NCBI GenBank assembly: GCA_019058425.1
Contig: JAHPYZ010000010.1
Location: 18,874-82,873 of the forward strand
DNA length: 64,000 bases
Direction of reading: 5' to 3'
Origin: Promethearchaeota archaeon
GTDB lineage: Archaea; Asgardarchaeota; Lokiarchaeia; Sigyniarchaeales; SOKP01
The notes beneath the pieces were generated by a model. That model did no database searches. It worked only from the letters and a program-made list of their open reading frames with translations, and was not told the origin of the DNA. The first letter of the stretch is position 1. Every line of letters starts with the position of its first letter. Both the position numbers and the translations under genes were made by a program. Positions 36,002-45,723 of this stretch are shown here, piece by piece.

Positions 36002-36103
36002 TGGGAGAGGGGGGATTTGAACCCCCGACCCCTTGGTCCCAAACCAAGATTAACGCCGTAGAGAAAATCCCTACAGTATCATACCAAGCTAGACTACCCT
36101 CCC
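36002..36103 (-). tRNA. tRNA-Pro (anticodon UGG) with ~28-nt intron at a non-canonical position
   Basis: The reverse complement folds by hand. The acceptor pairs GGGAGGG with CTCTCCC (7 bp, one G-U) and has discriminator A. The T arm is GGGGG-TTCAAAT-CCCCC. The anticodon arm is CTTGG-TTTGGGA-CCAAG, which gives UGG. The D loop AGCTTGGTA carries the GG. An extra CTGTAGGGATTTTCTCTACGGCGTTAAT hairpin segment lies between the D arm and the anticodon stem. Confidence 0.8.
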
Positions 36104-36116
36104 TTTGAGAAACTGG

Positions 36117-36130
36117 CTTTTTTTTTAAAG
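36117..36130 (-). promoter_or_regulatory. TATA-like box for the tRNA-Pro gene
   Basis: The minus-strand sequence ctttaaaaaaaaag is centred about 20-25 nt upstream of the tRNA 5' end, the usual archaeal TATA spacing. Confidence 0.4.
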
Positions 36131-36329
36131 ATTTTTAACAATACTATGAGATTATTTATTTTAATATATAGCTTGATATAAATTCTAATGTTTATATAAT
36201 ACAAACAATAAAAATTAAAATATTTTTTCAATTTGTTTTAGAAATTATACAAATTCATATGTGATTTTATGACTTTCAAGTCAGTCGATAAATTTTAATT
36301 CGAAATATTCTCAAATTTCATAGTCTAGA

Positions 36330-36896
36330 ATGAAGAAAATTATTGAATTATTAAAAATTGGAGATTTGGAACAATCGATTTTAGTGAGCTTAAAGGATAA
36401 CCTCAATGATACCTTTAATAACCTTAAAATGGCTGTTAACATAAGTCAGAACGCCTTTCAATTAGAAATAACAGAATATAATTCAGAAAGAATGCAATAT
36501 AATGCTGATAAAATTCTAGATAGAATTATAAAGCTTACTAAAAATCATAAAGTCTTTCGAATATTGGGAGTAATAGATAAAGATATTTATTCAGAACTAT
36601 TGAATTTTGTATTTGGTATTGCTATAAGACCAATAAAAAGAATCTCAGGGACTCCTGTAGTCAGTTTAATATCAGTCACAAGACTCAGAGAACAATTTTA
36701 TAATAAGCCTGAAAATGATGATCTTTTCGAATTAAGGATATTAAAGGAAGCTATCCATGAATTAGGACATACATTCAGTTTAGAACATTGTAATAAATTC
36801 TGTATAATGCAATTTTCAAATTCTCTAATGGATACAGATAAGAAACCGGTCCAATTTTGTGAATCCTGTGGAGAAAAAATTATTAATTTTCTTTAA
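36330..36896 (+). CDS. amzA: archaemetzincin (peptidase M54)
   Basis: Full signature HELGHTFSLEHCNKFCIMQ...(17 aa)...CESC, i.e. HExxHxxGxxxCxxxxCxM...CxxC. Confidence 0.9.
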   Translation: MKKIIELLKIGDLEQSILVSLKDNLNDTFNNLKMAVNISQNAFQLEITEYNSERMQYNADKILDRIIKLTKNHKVFRILGVIDKDIYSELLNFVFGIAIRPIKRISGTPVVSLISVTRLREQFYNKPENDDLFELRILKEAIHELGHTFSLEHCNKFCIMQFSNSLMDTDKKPVQFCESCGEKIINFL

Positions 36897-36914
36897 GTTT
36901 ATATTATTACCTTT

Positions 36915-37916
36915 TTAATACTTTAATTTAAAGCTTTTGTAAAGATCCTCACTGAGTTTCAAAATTTTTTTATAATTTTTAACTAATTTAATTAAATCCG
37001 GGGGTATATTTTGTATTCCAAAATAACTTCCTGCTAAACTTCCTCCTATCGCTCCGACGGTATCACTATCTCCCCCTGCGGTAGCTAACTCATAAATGCA
37101 CTCTTTGAATGAAGTTAATTTGTTTAAAAAAATGAAAATTGCACAGATCACAGTGCTTATGGTATAAGGATGAACAAAAGCTTGACCTAAATATTGTTCT
37201 ATAAAATATGGCGATTTAACTCCAGCTTGAGAAAATTTAATAAGTCCAGATTCAATTGGTCTATTCAAATTCGATTTCAATTTGTTCAAATTTTTGACAA
37301 ATTCTTCCCATATCTCATTTTGAGAATTCGCAATTGAATTTGTAATAATTTGAAAAAAATTCTCTATCGAGAAACCACTCTCTGGGTTTTTATCCAATAG
37401 AAAAGCTATAGCATTGGCAATAACGACTGCTCCTGCTGAAGCAGCGGGATGAGAATGAGTGATTAAACTTGATTTTATAGCATTCGTTTTTAATGCTTTA
37501 AAATCTTTAGAGTAATATAATCCAATTGGGGCAATTCTCATAGTAGTACCATTTCCTCCCGAATTTGAAGCTGCTTCTTTCCAGGGAATACCTAATTTTA
37601 AATTTCTGATTGATGAAATACAACCATATCCAGGTCCTATAGGGGGGTCGTCTAACCAATTAATATATTCATCAATTAAATATTCGAGTTTAAAGCCATC
37701 GCCTTTAATTAAAGCTTCAGCGGTATGGAGTGTTAATTGAGTGTCATCAGTATAAGTTCTAAAAATATCTTTATTCTTTTGCAAAAATTCATTAAAATCC
37801 TCAAAATAACTATAAATTTGGGAACGAAGTTTACCTTCAAAAGGATGACCCAGAGTATCTCCTATCGCTACACCTAATAAGCAGCCTTGGAACTTGTCTA
37901 ATAAATCTTTTCCCAT
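36915..37916 (-). CDS. ADP-ribosylglycohydrolase family protein
   Basis: N-terminal GCLLGVAIGDTLGHPFEG, TDDTQLTL, and C-terminal GGDSDTVGAIGGSLAGSYFG. Confidence 0.85.
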   Translation of the reverse strand: MGKDLLDKFQGCLLGVAIGDTLGHPFEGKLRSQIYSYFEDFNEFLQKNKDIFRTYTDDTQLTLHTAEALIKGDGFKLEYLIDEYINWLDDPPIGPGYGCISSIRNLKLGIPWKEAASNSGGNGTTMRIAPIGLYYSKDFKALKTNAIKSSLITHSHPAASAGAVVIANAIAFLLDKNPESGFSIENFFQIITNSIANSQNEIWEEFVKNLNKLKSNLNRPIESGLIKFSQAGVKSPYFIEQYLGQAFVHPYTISTVICAIFIFLNKLTSFKECIYELATAGGDSDTVGAIGGSLAGSYFGIQNIPPDLIKLVKNYKKILKLSEDLYKSFKLKY

Positions 37917-38060
37917 AATATCTCATTATAGTCTTTTTTTCTTTAAATATAGATGGTATAAAAAATATCAAATTAATTTTAAAACAATTAAATTGTTATT
38001 AAAAAGGCTTATATATGAAACTTACTAAATAATTCTTTAATTTGAGTATTAATACAAACG

Positions 38061-38067
38061 AGGAGGT
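38061..38067 (+). promoter_or_regulatory. Shine-Dalgarno-like ribosome binding site for dapA
   Basis: aggaggt lies 5 nt upstream of the ATG at 38073. Confidence 0.5.
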
Positions 38068-38072
38068 TTGGA

Positions 38073-38972
38073 ATGGCTAAAATAGATAAACTTAAAAATG
38101 TAATAACGGCAATGATCACTCCATTTAATGAAGATTTATCATTAAATAAGGAAAAATATAGAGAGTTTATCAGGTTTCAAATTGATAATGGATGCCAATT
38201 ATTAACAATGGGAACAACTGGAGAAAGTGCTACAATGTCTCATGATGAACACCATATCGCTATGGATATTGCAGTAGATGAAGCAATCAAAAGTGGAAAA
38301 GATCCATTTGTTCTTGCAGGAACAGGAAGCAACTCAACAAAAGAAGCAATCTCCCTTAGTCAGTATGCTGAAAAAGCAGGAGCAGATGGATGCTTAGTGG
38401 TTGTACCGTATTATAATAAACCTGTACAACATTCATTAATTGACCATTTTTCTGCAATTGCAGATTCTACTTCACTTCCAATAATCTTATATAACGTCCC
38501 AAGTCGTACTGGGAGAAATTTAGAACCAGAAACTGTTTCAAAATTAGCACATGCTAAAGAAAATATTGTAGGGATAAAGTGTGCTAGTGGTAATATTGAT
38601 CAAATTACTAGGATTATTAAAACAACACCAGATGATTTCATTGTTTTGAGTGGAGATGATGGAATGACGTATCATATTATGGCTTTAGGTGGAAAAGGTG
38701 TAATAAGTGTTGCTTCAAATATCATACCATCAAAATTAGTCGAATTTACAAGTAGTATGCTTAATAATGAATGGATTAAAGCAAGAAAAATGCAATTAGA
38801 GCTATATGATTTATTCAAAGTATTATTTGTTGAAACTAATCCCGGACCAGTAAAATTTGCTGCAGAAGTAATGGGTCTAATGAATATAAGGATGCGAATG
38901 CCACTTACTCCTCCATTAGAAGTAAATCAAAATAAAATAAAGGACGTATTGAGGGGATTAGATTTAATTTAA
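38073..38972 (+). CDS. dapA: 4-hydroxy-tetrahydrodipicolinate synthase
   Basis: GTTGESATMSHDEH, YNKP, YNVPSRTG and the Schiff-base lysine context VGIKCASG. Confidence 0.9.
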   Translation: MAKIDKLKNVITAMITPFNEDLSLNKEKYREFIRFQIDNGCQLLTMGTTGESATMSHDEHHIAMDIAVDEAIKSGKDPFVLAGTGSNSTKEAISLSQYAEKAGADGCLVVVPYYNKPVQHSLIDHFSAIADSTSLPIILYNVPSRTGRNLEPETVSKLAHAKENIVGIKCASGNIDQITRIIKTTPDDFIVLSGDDGMTYHIMALGGKGVISVASNIIPSKLVEFTSSMLNNEWIKARKMQLELYDLFKVLFVETNPGPVKFAAEVMGLMNIRMRMPLTPPLEVNQNKIKDVLRGLDLI

Positions 38973-38993
38973 GATTTAGAGGTACATGGAAAG

Positions 38994-39815
38994 TTGATTA
39001 AATTACTAATTTTAGGACCAACTGGTAATACATGTAGGCTAATAAGTAAATTAGCGATAGAAGATGAAGAAATTGAGGTTGTAGCGGCGTGCGATATCTC
39101 TCATATTGATGAGGAATTAGGTTTTGTTGTAGGTGTGAATGATTCAAATAAAATAAGAATAACAGATGTTAATAATCTACAAGATGTAATTAATGAAACT
39201 CGTCCAGATGTGGTAGTTGACTTTACAGTTGCAAAAGCGACTGAAAAAAATTGTATAAAATGCGTTGAAAATGGTGTACGATGTGTTATTGGTACTACTG
39301 CATTATCAGAGGATTTCTTAACTAAGATGGAAGAACTTGTTAAAGAAAATAGCGCTCCGGCAGTAATTTCTTCTAATATGGCAACAGGCGTTAATATACT
39401 CTTTAAAATGGCATCTTTACTAACAAATTATTTAGGTGATTGGGATATTGAAGTACTAGAAGCTCATCATCATCGAAAGCTCGATTCACCTTCAGGAACA
39501 GCTCTTACCATTGCCAAGAATATTAGCAATTCCTTGGGAGTAAAACTGGAAGATGTTGCTAAATATGGAAGGGATAAAGGCCCAAATAAAAGACAAGTGG
39601 GGGCTAAAAATGAAATAGGGATTCTTTCCGTTAGAGCAGGTGATATTGTTGGAGATCACACCATTTTATATGCAGGATCTGGAGAACGTATTGAACTTAA
39701 ACATCAAGCACATAGTAGAAACTGTTTCGCTTCAGGTGCAATAACTGCAGTTAAGTTCATAGCAATTGCTAAAGAAAATAAAATATATTCAACAAGTGAA
39801 GTTTTAGGGTTGTAA
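38994..39815 (+). CDS. dapB: 4-hydroxy-tetrahydrodipicolinate reductase
   Basis: LEAHHHRKLDSPSGTAL (E-HH-K-DAPSGTA signature) and SVRAGDIVGDHTILY. TTG start 22 nt after dapA. Confidence 0.85.
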   Translation: MIKLLILGPTGNTCRLISKLAIEDEEIEVVAACDISHIDEELGFVVGVNDSNKIRITDVNNLQDVINETRPDVVVDFTVAKATEKNCIKCVENGVRCVIGTTALSEDFLTKMEELVKENSAPAVISSNMATGVNILFKMASLLTNYLGDWDIEVLEAHHHRKLDSPSGTALTIAKNISNSLGVKLEDVAKYGRDKGPNKRQVGAKNEIGILSVRAGDIVGDHTILYAGSGERIELKHQAHSRNCFASGAITAVKFIAIAKENKIYSTSEVLGL

Positions 39816-40021
39816 AAGATTATTCAATAAAATAGGCTATAGTTAAGATAAAATTATAAAAAAATCAGTGCAGATCAGTATTATCATCAATCTTCTTAGT
39901 TGAAAAACTTTATTTAGATTTCATAATGCCAACACTTCATCGAGAGTAGTAAAGGGTATCCAAGCCTTAATAATCCCACTTTTTATAATTATATCTCATA
40001 ATTATTAAAGTCTACTAATTA

Positions 40022-40975
40022 TTAATTCTTTTTCCACATTCGATCAATAAATATTAGTATAATCGGTATAACTATTTGAATAATTTCTGAGGCAAGAGTC
40101 GCCGGTATAAACTCAAAAGTGAGATTTCCTATAGTATGTAATAGTGCAGTTGATAAAATGCTTCCATTAGTGCGATTATAAAGCCAAGTAAGGGTAATAG
40201 CTATTTTAATAGTATTAAATAGAAAAAGGATGAATTGAAAAGGAGAATCATATTGAGGTAGATATATAGGGGCGTGCCAAAGGCCCCAAATTAATCCAAG
40301 AATTAAGCTTGAAACGAGAGGTGAATATTTTAATTGCAATTTAGGTAAAGCAAAACCACGCCATCCAGGTTCTTCATTAGTACCAGCTCCAAAAAAAAAT
40401 GTATACAAAAAAGTAAGAATAATCAATCCAAAAAGTTCAACTCCTGTAGGTAAAGACATCCATACAACAGGTTGACCAAATCCTAATGTAATAACAATAC
40501 CTATTAAAAAAATCACTGGCAAATATAGAATTGCTAATATATACCAGCCAAAATGTCCTTCAGGTTTTATATATGATCGAAAAATAGCTCTTATATCCAG
40601 ATTCTGGGAAAATCCAGATGAAACAACTAATGCAGGTAATAAGCCCAGAATAATAGAACCTATAATGATTAAGAAAGGCAAGTCGGCAATTTGTATCAGA
40701 TAATTCAAAATAAAAATGAATGTAGCGATTACCCAGATAATTAAAAAAGTGATCCATTTAACTCGTGTATTATCGCAATTTTGTTTATTGCCTGTTATTT
40801 TTGAGATAATTATTGCGCTCAAAGCAGGAGCATAAATAGAAAATATAAGCAATAATGTACTAAGTTCATTGGGATTTAAAATATAAATTAAAAACAAAAT
40901 CCATGAGAAGCTAAAAGTAAATATAAAGAAACTAATTAACGGATAACGCCTAATTGAGATTGATAAATTAACCAC
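40022..40975 (-). CDS. CPBP-family intramembrane glutamic endopeptidase (CAAX protease-like)
   Basis: Polytopic protein with EEPGWRGFALP (EExxxR), WGLWHAP (FxxxH-like) and HTIGNL (HxxxN). Confidence 0.7.
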   Translation of the reverse strand: MVNLSISIRRYPLISFFIFTFSFSWILFLIYILNPNELSTLLLIFSIYAPALSAIIISKITGNKQNCDNTRVKWITFLIIWVIATFIFILNYLIQIADLPFLIIIGSIILGLLPALVVSSGFSQNLDIRAIFRSYIKPEGHFGWYILAILYLPVIFLIGIVITLGFGQPVVWMSLPTGVELFGLIILTFLYTFFFGAGTNEEPGWRGFALPKLQLKYSPLVSSLILGLIWGLWHAPIYLPQYDSPFQFILFLFNTIKIAITLTWLYNRTNGSILSTALLHTIGNLTFEFIPATLASEIIQIVIPIILIFIDRMWKKN

Positions 40976-41026
40976 TTTAATTCCCCTAATTATATAAAAG
41001 TTTTTTTAGTATTTATAAAAAATTTG

Positions 41027-42355
41027 CTATTTTAAATGTTTTGGTATTATTTGAGATTTTAATAAATCCTCAAATGTTTCTTCATCACGAATTTTGTATA
41101 TATTACCATCATTTATTAAAAGTTCTGCCGGTCTAGGTCTTGAATTGTATGGACTGCTCATAGTAAATCCATATGCTCCAGCATCTAAAATCGCGAGATA
41201 ATCTCCTTCATTCAAATCATGTAATTCTCTTTCCTTTCCAAGGACATCTCCTGATTCACATATAGGTCCTACAATATCATATTTCAATACTTTTTTTTCA
41301 TTTTTCATATTGCAAGCAAGAATGTGATGGTATGAACCATACAATGTAGGTCGAATTAAAGTGTGGAATCCTGCATCTAATCCGGCGAACAATTTATAGC
41401 CATTATCTTTTATTGTGTTTATTTGTGTTAGTATGATGCTTGCTTCAGCAGAAATATAGCGTCCTGGTTCAATAAAAAGAATAGGCTCACCAATTTCTCC
41501 TTTTTCTACAATGTTTCTAAAATTTTTAATTATAATTTCACTATATTTGTTTAAATCTAATGGATTTGCTTCTGGATGGTATGGAATTCCTAAACCTCCA
41601 CCAAAATCTATAAACTCAAATTGAATTCCTACATCATTTACTATCTTCTCTATTATAAATAGAAATTTCTCTATAGGTCTTTCATAATCTTTAGCATCAG
41701 TAATTCCCGACCCGATATGCTGGTGAATCCCGAATTTTTTAAAGCCTAATTCCTTAGCTTTTGTATAAGTCTTGACTATCTGAGTTTCTAATATACCAAA
41801 TTTAATTTTTTTCCCTGCTGTTATAGTATGGGGGTGATGTCCTGCCCCAAATTCAGGGTTAAATCTAAAAGAAATGATTTTTTTATCTTTTCCTTTATTT
41901 TCATATATTTTAGCTAACCTGATTAATTGGCTATAGCTATCTAAGTTAGTTAAAACATCATTATCAATGGCAAATTCGAAATCACTATTTGTAAACATAT
42001 TTCCCGTATAAATTATTCGATCTGAAGAAATTCCCGATTTTAAACATGTATATATCTCTCCTGTCGATGAACAATCAAAATAAGATCCTTCAGATCTTAA
42101 CATTTTTAAAATGGATAAATTAGTGTTTGATTTTACAGCATAGTAGATTCGATTTTTTTTATATCCCAAATTTAGAATGTCTTTTAATTGTTTATACCTC
42201 TTTCGAATCAATTGTTCATTTATAATATAAATAGGAGTATTATACTTTTCTACAATATTTAAAGTGTTTAAATTTGCAAAATATAGCTCTCCATTACGAT
42301 ATTCTAAATCCTTTCTATTTAACCAATCTACAAAATCCATAATATCTAATGTCAA
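41027..42355 (-). CDS. lysA: diaminopimelate decarboxylase
   Basis: PLP-lysine context YYAVKSNTN, GGGLGIPY, VGPICESGD and DAGAYGFTMSS. Confidence 0.9.
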   Translation of the reverse strand: MTLDIMDFVDWLNRKDLEYRNGELYFANLNTLNIVEKYNTPIYIINEQLIRKRYKQLKDILNLGYKKNRIYYAVKSNTNLSILKMLRSEGSYFDCSSTGEIYTCLKSGISSDRIIYTGNMFTNSDFEFAIDNDVLTNLDSYSQLIRLAKIYENKGKDKKIISFRFNPEFGAGHHPHTITAGKKIKFGILETQIVKTYTKAKELGFKKFGIHQHIGSGITDAKDYERPIEKFLFIIEKIVNDVGIQFEFIDFGGGLGIPYHPEANPLDLNKYSEIIIKNFRNIVEKGEIGEPILFIEPGRYISAEASIILTQINTIKDNGYKLFAGLDAGFHTLIRPTLYGSYHHILACNMKNEKKVLKYDIVGPICESGDVLGKERELHDLNEGDYLAILDAGAYGFTMSSPYNSRPRPAELLINDGNIYKIRDEETFEDLLKSQIIPKHLK

Positions 42356-42387
42356 AACTGTTAAAATGATTTAAATCTTTTAAATCG

Positions 42388-43269
42388 TTAAACTATGGCT
42401 CTTTCAATATTACCATCAAACACTTTTTCTATTGGACCTTCCATAAGTACAGTTTTACCTGTATAAGTTATCTTTAAATCTCCCCCGTCGTTATGAACTA
42501 AGATAGGTGTATTATCTTTAAAAATACCCAAGATTGTTCCTGCTACAACAGTAGCACAAGCTCCGGTACCACATGATTTAGTGATTCCAACACCTCTTTC
42601 AAAAACTCTTACAATACTCTCTTTATTGGAAAGGACCTTTACAAATTCAACATTTATTTTATTTGGAAAGCGATCATGAGATTCTATTGCTGCTCCATAC
42701 ATATTAAGTTGATTATCGTTAGGTTCCTCTTCGGTAAATATAACAGCATGTGGATTTCCCATTGAAACCGCCGTAAAATTAAAAATCTTGTCTAAAATCA
42801 CCATTTTTTCATTTACACATCGATCCACAAGTGTATCTAAGATAACAGGAATTTCTTCACACTTCAGAATTGGCGGACCCATATCAATTTCAACACTCTC
42901 TACCTTTTCATCAATTATATTTAGTTTCGCTAATAAAATTCCCTTAAGGGTTTCAATAGTGATCACATCCTTTCTCACTATATCGTTCTCATAAATATAT
43001 TTCGCATAGCATCTTATCCCATTTCCACACATTTCTGCTTCTAATCCATCATTATTAAATATCCTCATTTTTATGTCAGCATTGTTGGATTCGCATACGA
43101 AAATTAAACCATCTGCCCCTATTGAAAAATGAGTTTCACACAATTTCAATGCTAAGGGTACTTTTTTCTCTTCTGGTATTCTCCACTTGATATCATTAAT
43201 TATTATATAATCATTCCCTAAACCATGATATTTTCCAAAATCTAAATTTTCTAAAATTAAATTCTCCAT
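42388..43269 (-). CDS. dapF: diaminopimelate epimerase
   Basis: FGKYHGLGNDY, plus the two catalytic Cys contexts EMCGNGIRC and KSCGTGACA. Confidence 0.9.
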   Translation of the reverse strand: MENLILENLDFGKYHGLGNDYIIINDIKWRIPEEKKVPLALKLCETHFSIGADGLIFVCESNNADIKMRIFNNDGLEAEMCGNGIRCYAKYIYENDIVRKDVITIETLKGILLAKLNIIDEKVESVEIDMGPPILKCEEIPVILDTLVDRCVNEKMVILDKIFNFTAVSMGNPHAVIFTEEEPNDNQLNMYGAAIESHDRFPNKINVEFVKVLSNKESIVRVFERGVGITKSCGTGACATVVAGTILGIFKDNTPILVHNDGGDLKITYTGKTVLMEGPIEKVFDGNIERAIV

Positions 43270-43410
43270 GAAATCTCTAAGGTATATGCTTAAGACAATA
43301 TTATTAAATTTTATTCAACTTATAAAAATCAAAAATCTAAAGTGAATTTTAATTAACACTCATAATTATATTATAATATATTTTATCAATATGTTTCGGT
43401 AATTTCTATA

Positions 43411-43956
43411 ATGAAATATAAAAAGACATCGATATCAATATTATTATTTTTAATGGTAATCCCAATTAATAATGCCTTAGCTTTCAATTATATCGATAAT
43501 TTAAACAATGGGAATTATATTTTCTTCCTAATTGATTTGGATGTGGATCATAATATTCAACTTAGTCTAACTCATACAGAAAGTGGAAATTTTACACTTT
43601 TTCTATTTAACGTACGACCAGTACAATCTTATATAAATGATGATAACACTTTAAGGAGTGTAATATTTAATACACCCCCAACAGTCGCTTATAGTTTAGA
43701 TGATAACCCGTATATTAACTATACTGCTACAGAAGAAAAAATCTATTATATTGAGATAATATTAGTCGACAGTGGACCAGATAGTTTCTTTTTTACCTCA
43801 ACGATTAGTTATAGTAATGGTACGGTAATACAAAAAGACTTAACAAGATATTATCTTCCTATTATACCAAGTTTCCCTCTTGAATATATTTTAGTCTCAA
43901 TTGTCGTTGCTGTCAGTTCAGTCTTCATTATATATAAAAAGAGGATTACTAAATAA
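43411..43956 (+). CDS. hypothetical exported/anchored protein
   Basis: N-terminal signal-like helix ending in NNALA, and a C-terminal TM helix followed by KKRITK. Confidence 0.4.
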   Translation: MKYKKTSISILLFLMVIPINNALAFNYIDNLNNGNYIFFLIDLDVDHNIQLSLTHTESGNFTLFLFNVRPVQSYINDDNTLRSVIFNTPPTVAYSLDDNPYINYTATEEKIYYIEIILVDSGPDSFFFTSTISYSNGTVIQKDLTRYYLPIIPSFPLEYILVSIVVAVSSVFIIYKKRITK

Positions 43957-44048
43957 GCAATCTTTTTAATATATCCAGAAATATCTTCTTCTAAATATTT
44001 TTGTAATTATTATCTAAAATCTCCATTTTGGAGGAATAATGATAAAAA

Positions 44049-45722
44049 ATGTATGAAACTAAACCTTGGTTAAAGTTTTACGATAAACATGTCCCCGAAC
44101 ATATAGATTATCCTAAGACAACAATGTATAATGCTGTAAAACAAACTTCTGAAAAATATCCTGAGTCAATAGCTTATGATTTTATGGGATATGAATCTAG
44201 TTATAAACAAATGATTGAAGAAATTGATCAGTGCGCTAAGGCTTTATCTAATCTAGGATTAAAACAGGGGGATCGAATGACAATATCCATGCCCACCACT
44301 CCTCAAGGAATTATTTGTTTTTATGCAATAAACAAAATTGGGGCTATTGCAAGTATGATCCATCCCTTAAGTCCTCCAAGTCAAATTGAATTTTTTCTAA
44401 ACCTGAGTAACACTACACATCTGCTTACTCTTGATAAAGTTTATGCAAATGTCGAGAAAATTATTGACAAGACACCATTAAAAATGACAATTCTAACTCA
44501 ACTTGATCAAGAACGAGTAGATGTACCTGAAAATCCTAAAATTCAATGGTGGAAATATATTATGGCAAAATCTTACGCTGAAATACCTAAATATAGTATG
44601 CAACCTGATGATATGGCTGTAGTGTTATATTCAGGGGGAACTACTGGTGTTCCAAAGGGTATAATGCTTTCTAATTTCAATTTTATAGCTGAAGGTACAC
44701 AAGTCGCAACATGGATGGATTTATCTGATAAAGATTCAGCTCTTGCAATTCTGCCAATATTTCATGGTTTTGGTCTGGGAGTATGTGTTAATGCCGTATT
44801 TATGGGAGGAGGAAAAAGTATCTTAGTTCCGTCATTTACTCCTGATCAAGTAGCTGATTTGATTAAAAATAAAAATCCTACCTTACTATTTGGAGTTCCA
44901 ACACTATATGAAGCTCTTAGTCGAAATGAAAAATTTCAAAAAACCGATTTGAGTTTCCTAAAAGCCGCATTTTGCGGCGCAGATACCCTCCCTCGGACTA
45001 CTAAAGAGAAATTTGAAAAAATTTGTAGAGATAATGGATCCCAAGTACAACTTAGAGAAGGATATGGGTTAACAGAAGCTGTTACAGGAATTTGTGCCAT
45101 GCCTTTAGGTGAATATAGAGAAGGAAGTATTGGTATTCCTTTTCCAGATATGTTGATGAAAATTGTTGAACCTGAAAACACAAAAGAAGCACAAATTGGA
45201 GAAGATGGTGAACTATGTATAAGTGGTCCAGCGGTAATGTTGGGCTATCTAAATAAGGCTGAAGAAACTGCGAAAACATTGAAAAAACATGAGGATGGAA
45301 GAAAATGGCTCCATACTGGAGATATTGCTACAATGGATAAAGATGGATTCTTCTATTTTAAAATTAGACTAAAACGAATGATAAAGTCGTCTGGATTTAA
45401 TGTTTATCCTGCTCAAGTTGAAGATGTCCTTTATAAACATCCAGATGTCCTTGAAGCATGTGTTATCGGTGTTCCTGATGAAAAACAAGTTCAAAAAGTA
45501 AAAGCGTTTGTAGTTTTAAAAGATCCAAACAAAGAAAGTAAAGAAATGGTAAAGAATTTAATTAATCATTGCAATGAAAATTTAATCAAATGGAGCTGCC
45601 CTCGAGAAATTGAATTTAGCAGGGAATTACCAAAAACTCTTGTTGGAAAAATCAATTTTAAACAATTAGAAGAACAAGAAATAAAAAAATTAATAGCTGT
45701 AGGAAAATTTAAGGGAGATTAA
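44049..45722 (+). CDS. AMP-dependent acyl-CoA synthetase/ligase
   Basis: AMP-binding motif LYSGGTTGVPKG, then GYGLTE, TGDIA and the C-terminal lysine region PKTLVGKI. Confidence 0.85.
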   Translation: MYETKPWLKFYDKHVPEHIDYPKTTMYNAVKQTSEKYPESIAYDFMGYESSYKQMIEEIDQCAKALSNLGLKQGDRMTISMPTTPQGIICFYAINKIGAIASMIHPLSPPSQIEFFLNLSNTTHLLTLDKVYANVEKIIDKTPLKMTILTQLDQERVDVPENPKIQWWKYIMAKSYAEIPKYSMQPDDMAVVLYSGGTTGVPKGIMLSNFNFIAEGTQVATWMDLSDKDSALAILPIFHGFGLGVCVNAVFMGGGKSILVPSFTPDQVADLIKNKNPTLLFGVPTLYEALSRNEKFQKTDLSFLKAAFCGADTLPRTTKEKFEKICRDNGSQVQLREGYGLTEAVTGICAMPLGEYREGSIGIPFPDMLMKIVEPENTKEAQIGEDGELCISGPAVMLGYLNKAEETAKTLKKHEDGRKWLHTGDIATMDKDGFFYFKIRLKRMIKSSGFNVYPAQVEDVLYKHPDVLEACVIGVPDEKQVQKVKAFVVLKDPNKESKEMVKNLINHCNENLIKWSCPREIEFSRELPKTLVGKINFKQLEEQEIKKLIAVGKFKGD

Positions 45723-45723
45723 A

